Virus record (IMG/VR): IMGVR_UViG_3300043442_001260 | Location: 1 to 34,198 of that record | DNA: 34,198 nt | Direction: 5' to 3' (one strand) | Source of the DNA: a virus | Lineage: Duplodnaviria; Caudoviricetes | In this document: in pieces, positions 31,850 through 34,198 of the stretch | How positions within the stretch are numbered: position 1 is the stretch's first letter | Layout of the letters: the number at the start of each line of letters is the position of its first letter | The notes under the pieces: model-generated | Database searches by the model: none | The model's input: the letters and a program-made list of their open reading frames with translations, nothing else | What the model was told of the DNA's origin: nothing | Made by a program: the position numbers and the translations under genes

Positions 31850-33100
31850 TTAAGCCTCAATTCCAGTCATGTCCACATTCACAAAACCCAGGGTTTGGAT
31901 ATTGGAGTCAGTCGTCACCTCGGCATTAGTGAAGCCTAGTTTTAATAAGTCCATGTCATCCAACGCCAAATACCCATAAACCTCAGCATTCACAAACACC
32001 ACACTAGGCAGATCAAGATCGTCCAGTGCATCTAAAAACGCATTGACAAACCCGATCCCCGTTGGCTCTGGTGGCGGTGGTGGTGGGAATACCACTGGAC
32101 TACTAAACTCGATCGTCACGAACTGCTGGCGGTGATCCGGCAGCACCAGCCCCTCTACCTCAAAACTGGTGAACGAATTGCCAATTAAACCCCAGGCGGA
32201 ACAAGGCCCCAACTTCACCCGATGCACCCGCACTCGCACCGGTCGATCGTCAACATTCACTCCGGCAAACATCAGCATCACGGGACGGGTAGGACGGAAA
32301 AACCCATAGAGCCTATCCAAACTCGCAAACCGATATCTAGCCCAAACCGTCTCTCCGTTCAATAGCCTGGAGGAGCCAGGCATTGTCAGGGCCCCTAAGC
32401 GATCGTCTAGTTGGTAGTCGTAAATACCCTGAACAATTAACTCCCCCGCAGTGCCCGTAACCACCCGCGCCCCCGATCGCAATTGAAAGGTATCCTCTGT
32501 GGCGTTAAAAACTTTATACCCAGACTGATCGCCTATATAAATATATTGGGAGTTTATTGTCACAAAATCATTATTTATCGTTACCCTCTCAATATCGTCC
32601 AGGAAGAATTTAACTAACCTGCCGTCCGTTAACCCGTGGTTATTGACAGTAAACACAGCCCCATCGAGAAATGCCAGCCAAACCAGCGGATCCGAACTCT
32701 CCCTACGGATCAACAAATTCCCGTTTCTATCCCGGAGCCCCAGCCACTCCACCACCCCCGGATAACTTAAAATCGTCGTCATCCCCCGGTACAAAACGAT
32801 CGGTTCATTCTCCACCAGTCGGGACGCTTCCGGCACTAACCGCCCGTAAAAATATCGAGCCAAATTATTAGCCGACACGCTATCCAGAGTCAGACTCAGG
32901 GTTACCTGCTGAGACTCCAACAGGGCATCCGTAAACCCCTTACCCGTCCGACTCTCCTCATGTCGTTGCTCAGTGGTACTGGTTCGTATTTCCAGTCGTG
33001 GACAATTCCCCAGATCCACAAACCCCATCGGGAGATAGTTAAACCCTACCTCCGCTACACTCACAACCCCCTGCCCTCGGTATAGCAGCGTATTGGACAT
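31850..33100 (-). CDS. Second tail-tube-like protein, paralog of 1772-2791
   Basis: LYRGQG, GFVDLGNCP.L, HEESRTG.GF.DA, TL.SV...NL.RY.YG, MF.G.N..D.PVRVRV. Poly-Pro linker and extra C-terminal tail. Confidence 0.8.
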   Translation of the reverse strand: MSNTLLYRGQGVVSVAEVGFNYLPMGFVDLGNCPRLEIRTSTTEQRHEESRTGKGFTDALLESQQVTLSLTLDSVSANNLARYFYGRLVPEASRLVENEPIVLYRGMTTILSYPGVVEWLGLRDRNGNLLIRRESSDPLVWLAFLDGAVFTVNNHGLTDGRLVKFFLDDIERVTINNDFVTINSQYIYIGDQSGYKVFNATEDTFQLRSGARVVTGTAGELIVQGIYDYQLDDRLGALTMPGSSRLLNGETVWARYRFASLDRLYGFFRPTRPVMLMFAGVNVDDRPVRVRVHRVKLGPCSAWGLIGNSFTSFEVEGLVLPDHRQQFVTIEFSSPVVFPPPPPPEPTGIGFVNAFLDALDDLDLPSVVFVNAEVYGYLALDDMDLLKLGFTNAEVTTDSNIQTLGFVNVDMTGIEA

Positions 33101-34197
33101 TAGTAACACCGCATTGCAATTAATGCAGCCTTGCGAACGATCGTGCTGCTAGTGTTGGAACTAGCTGTTACCGCACTACCGCCTTCAGTGCTGGCCAAGT
33201 TAAATGTGTAACTTGTCTCGTTCCAGTTAATTACCCAATAGTTAGCACCGGTACTAAACCCACTGGGAGGACTGGTTTGGAATTGCACCCGCGCCCCATT
33301 CTCCAGAGTGCGACGGTTAGGGGAACCTCCCGCCGTAAACACATTGCCACTATTAGAAATAGAAATAGTTGCATCCAACCCCCAACGGGCCACAATAATA
33401 GCCCGATCGCGTCCCTCAAAGGTCGACAAGGGATCCGGGTCTATATCAATAGCCATTCCGATCGTATAGCTATCAAAGTTTGTTTTATTGGGATCGATGT
33501 AGTAAAGCCCTGGCACCGTACCTAATGGGGATGAGAAAAAACTGCCCGTATTTTTCAGTAAAACCAACTCAGACATTTGATCGTTTACAGTCGTCTGTCC
33601 CGCCGCAGGCACAATATTGAAATTCCGCAGTGGTGAGTCATTCCGTGTACTAGAATTTTCAGTCTGTGGAGTCATCACGGAAAAATAGGTGTTCGCTCCA
33701 TTCTGGAGCAAAACGATCGCAAAGTCGCCCTGACGCTGGTTGAAATAGCCGTTCCGGTTTCCTACAGCACCCGCAGCCCAGAGTCCCCATTGAGTTGCAG
33801 AGTTCACACAAGCGGCGGCAAAAACCGATCCTTGAATTGCAGTAGAGGGGTAGTGAGTAATTGCGGTGGCGTGGTCTCTGGCTAGAAATCGCCAGCCACT
33901 AGAATTTCTAAATGGTATTGTAAAGCTAGATGCTGCCTCGCCAGCACTTACTAATACTTTTGTTGATGTGGATGAAGAATTCAAATGAGAATAGGGCTGG
34001 GTATAATAAGTCTCTCCAATAGTATCTACTACAGGGACAACCCAAAATCTAGCTGAGTCCTGCAAGAAGCTAGGTTCTACTGATCCCGGTGGATTACCGT
34101 CCCTAACATAAGCTCTAGCATTTTCAACAGCAAAAGCGGAAGTCAAGAGATCGTTACTCTCTCTGAAGCAAACAGATCTATGATACGTGTTTTGACT
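33100..34197 (-). CDS. Ser/Thr/Asn-rich putative virion protein; 5'-truncated by window edge
   Basis: Frame stays open to the window end. Carries the same accessory module seen in both tail-tube proteins. TAATG-coupled to the next gene. Confidence 0.6.
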   Translation of the reverse strand, partial: SQNTYHRSVCFRESNDLLTSAFAVENARAYVRDGNPPGSVEPSFLQDSARFWVVPVVDTIGETYYTQPYSHLNSSSTSTKVLVSAGEAASSFTIPFRNSSGWRFLARDHATAITHYPSTAIQGSVFAAACVNSATQWGLWAAGAVGNRNGYFNQRQGDFAIVLLQNGANTYFSVMTPQTENSSTRNDSPLRNFNIVPAAGQTTVNDQMSELVLLKNTGSFFSSPLGTVPGLYYIDPNKTNFDSYTIGMAIDIDPDPLSTFEGRDRAIIVARWGLDATISISNSGNVFTAGGSPNRRTLENGARVQFQTSPPSGFSTGANYWVINWNETSYTFNLASTEGGSAVTASSNTSSTIVRKAALIAMRCY

Positions 34198-34198
34198 T

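Larger units (their letters stand above)
1..34198. mobile_element. Temperate tailed cyanophage genome segment
   Basis: Terminase, tail genes, integrase with internal att-like region, initiator/DnaB/Bet, HIP1-core enrichment and NblA. Confidence 0.92.

Noticed and set aside
4847-33525. Many antisense or overlapping ORFs in the track (e.g. 4847-5176, 6149-6530, 7691-8152, 22964-23239, 26097-26539, 31293-31929)
   Set aside because: They overlap well-supported genes and lack RBS or recognisable motifs.

Overview
The whole window looks like part of a temperate tailed cyanophage (siphovirus-like); no host-chromosome boundary is visible. Dense CGATCG (HIP1 core) sites, an NblA-like gene and cyanobacterial-type thyX and tyrosine integrase point to a HIP1-containing cyanobacterial host. 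Virion genes are split into three blocks. Block 1 (+, 1-7296) has a repeat tail-fibre protein, tail terminator, tail tube, G/GT chaperone and GpA terminase. Block 2 (+, 12535-14868) is a GTA-like tail-tip protein. Block 3 (-, 30836-end) has a DUF2460-like distal tail protein and a second tail-tube paralog. Between them lie dnaN, a membrane protein/ATPase/HTH module, thyX, integrase with a probable attP, excisionase, DnaB, an initiator with internal iterons, Bet recombinase, two DNA methyltransferases and a divergent switch. The most striking unexplained structure is a dispersed family of standardised mini-cassettes. Each has a TTGACA promoter carrying a CGTTA-NN-TAACG palindrome (6 copies), a GAAAAACAC leader, an unrelated small orphan ORF and usually a shared terminator. 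Most sit against the direction of the neighbouring virion genes. One ORF is exactly duplicated behind two different promoter variants. A tandem-PAS membrane protein occupies the position where a tape measure gene is normally found. All family assignments are from motif recognition by eye; no searches were run.
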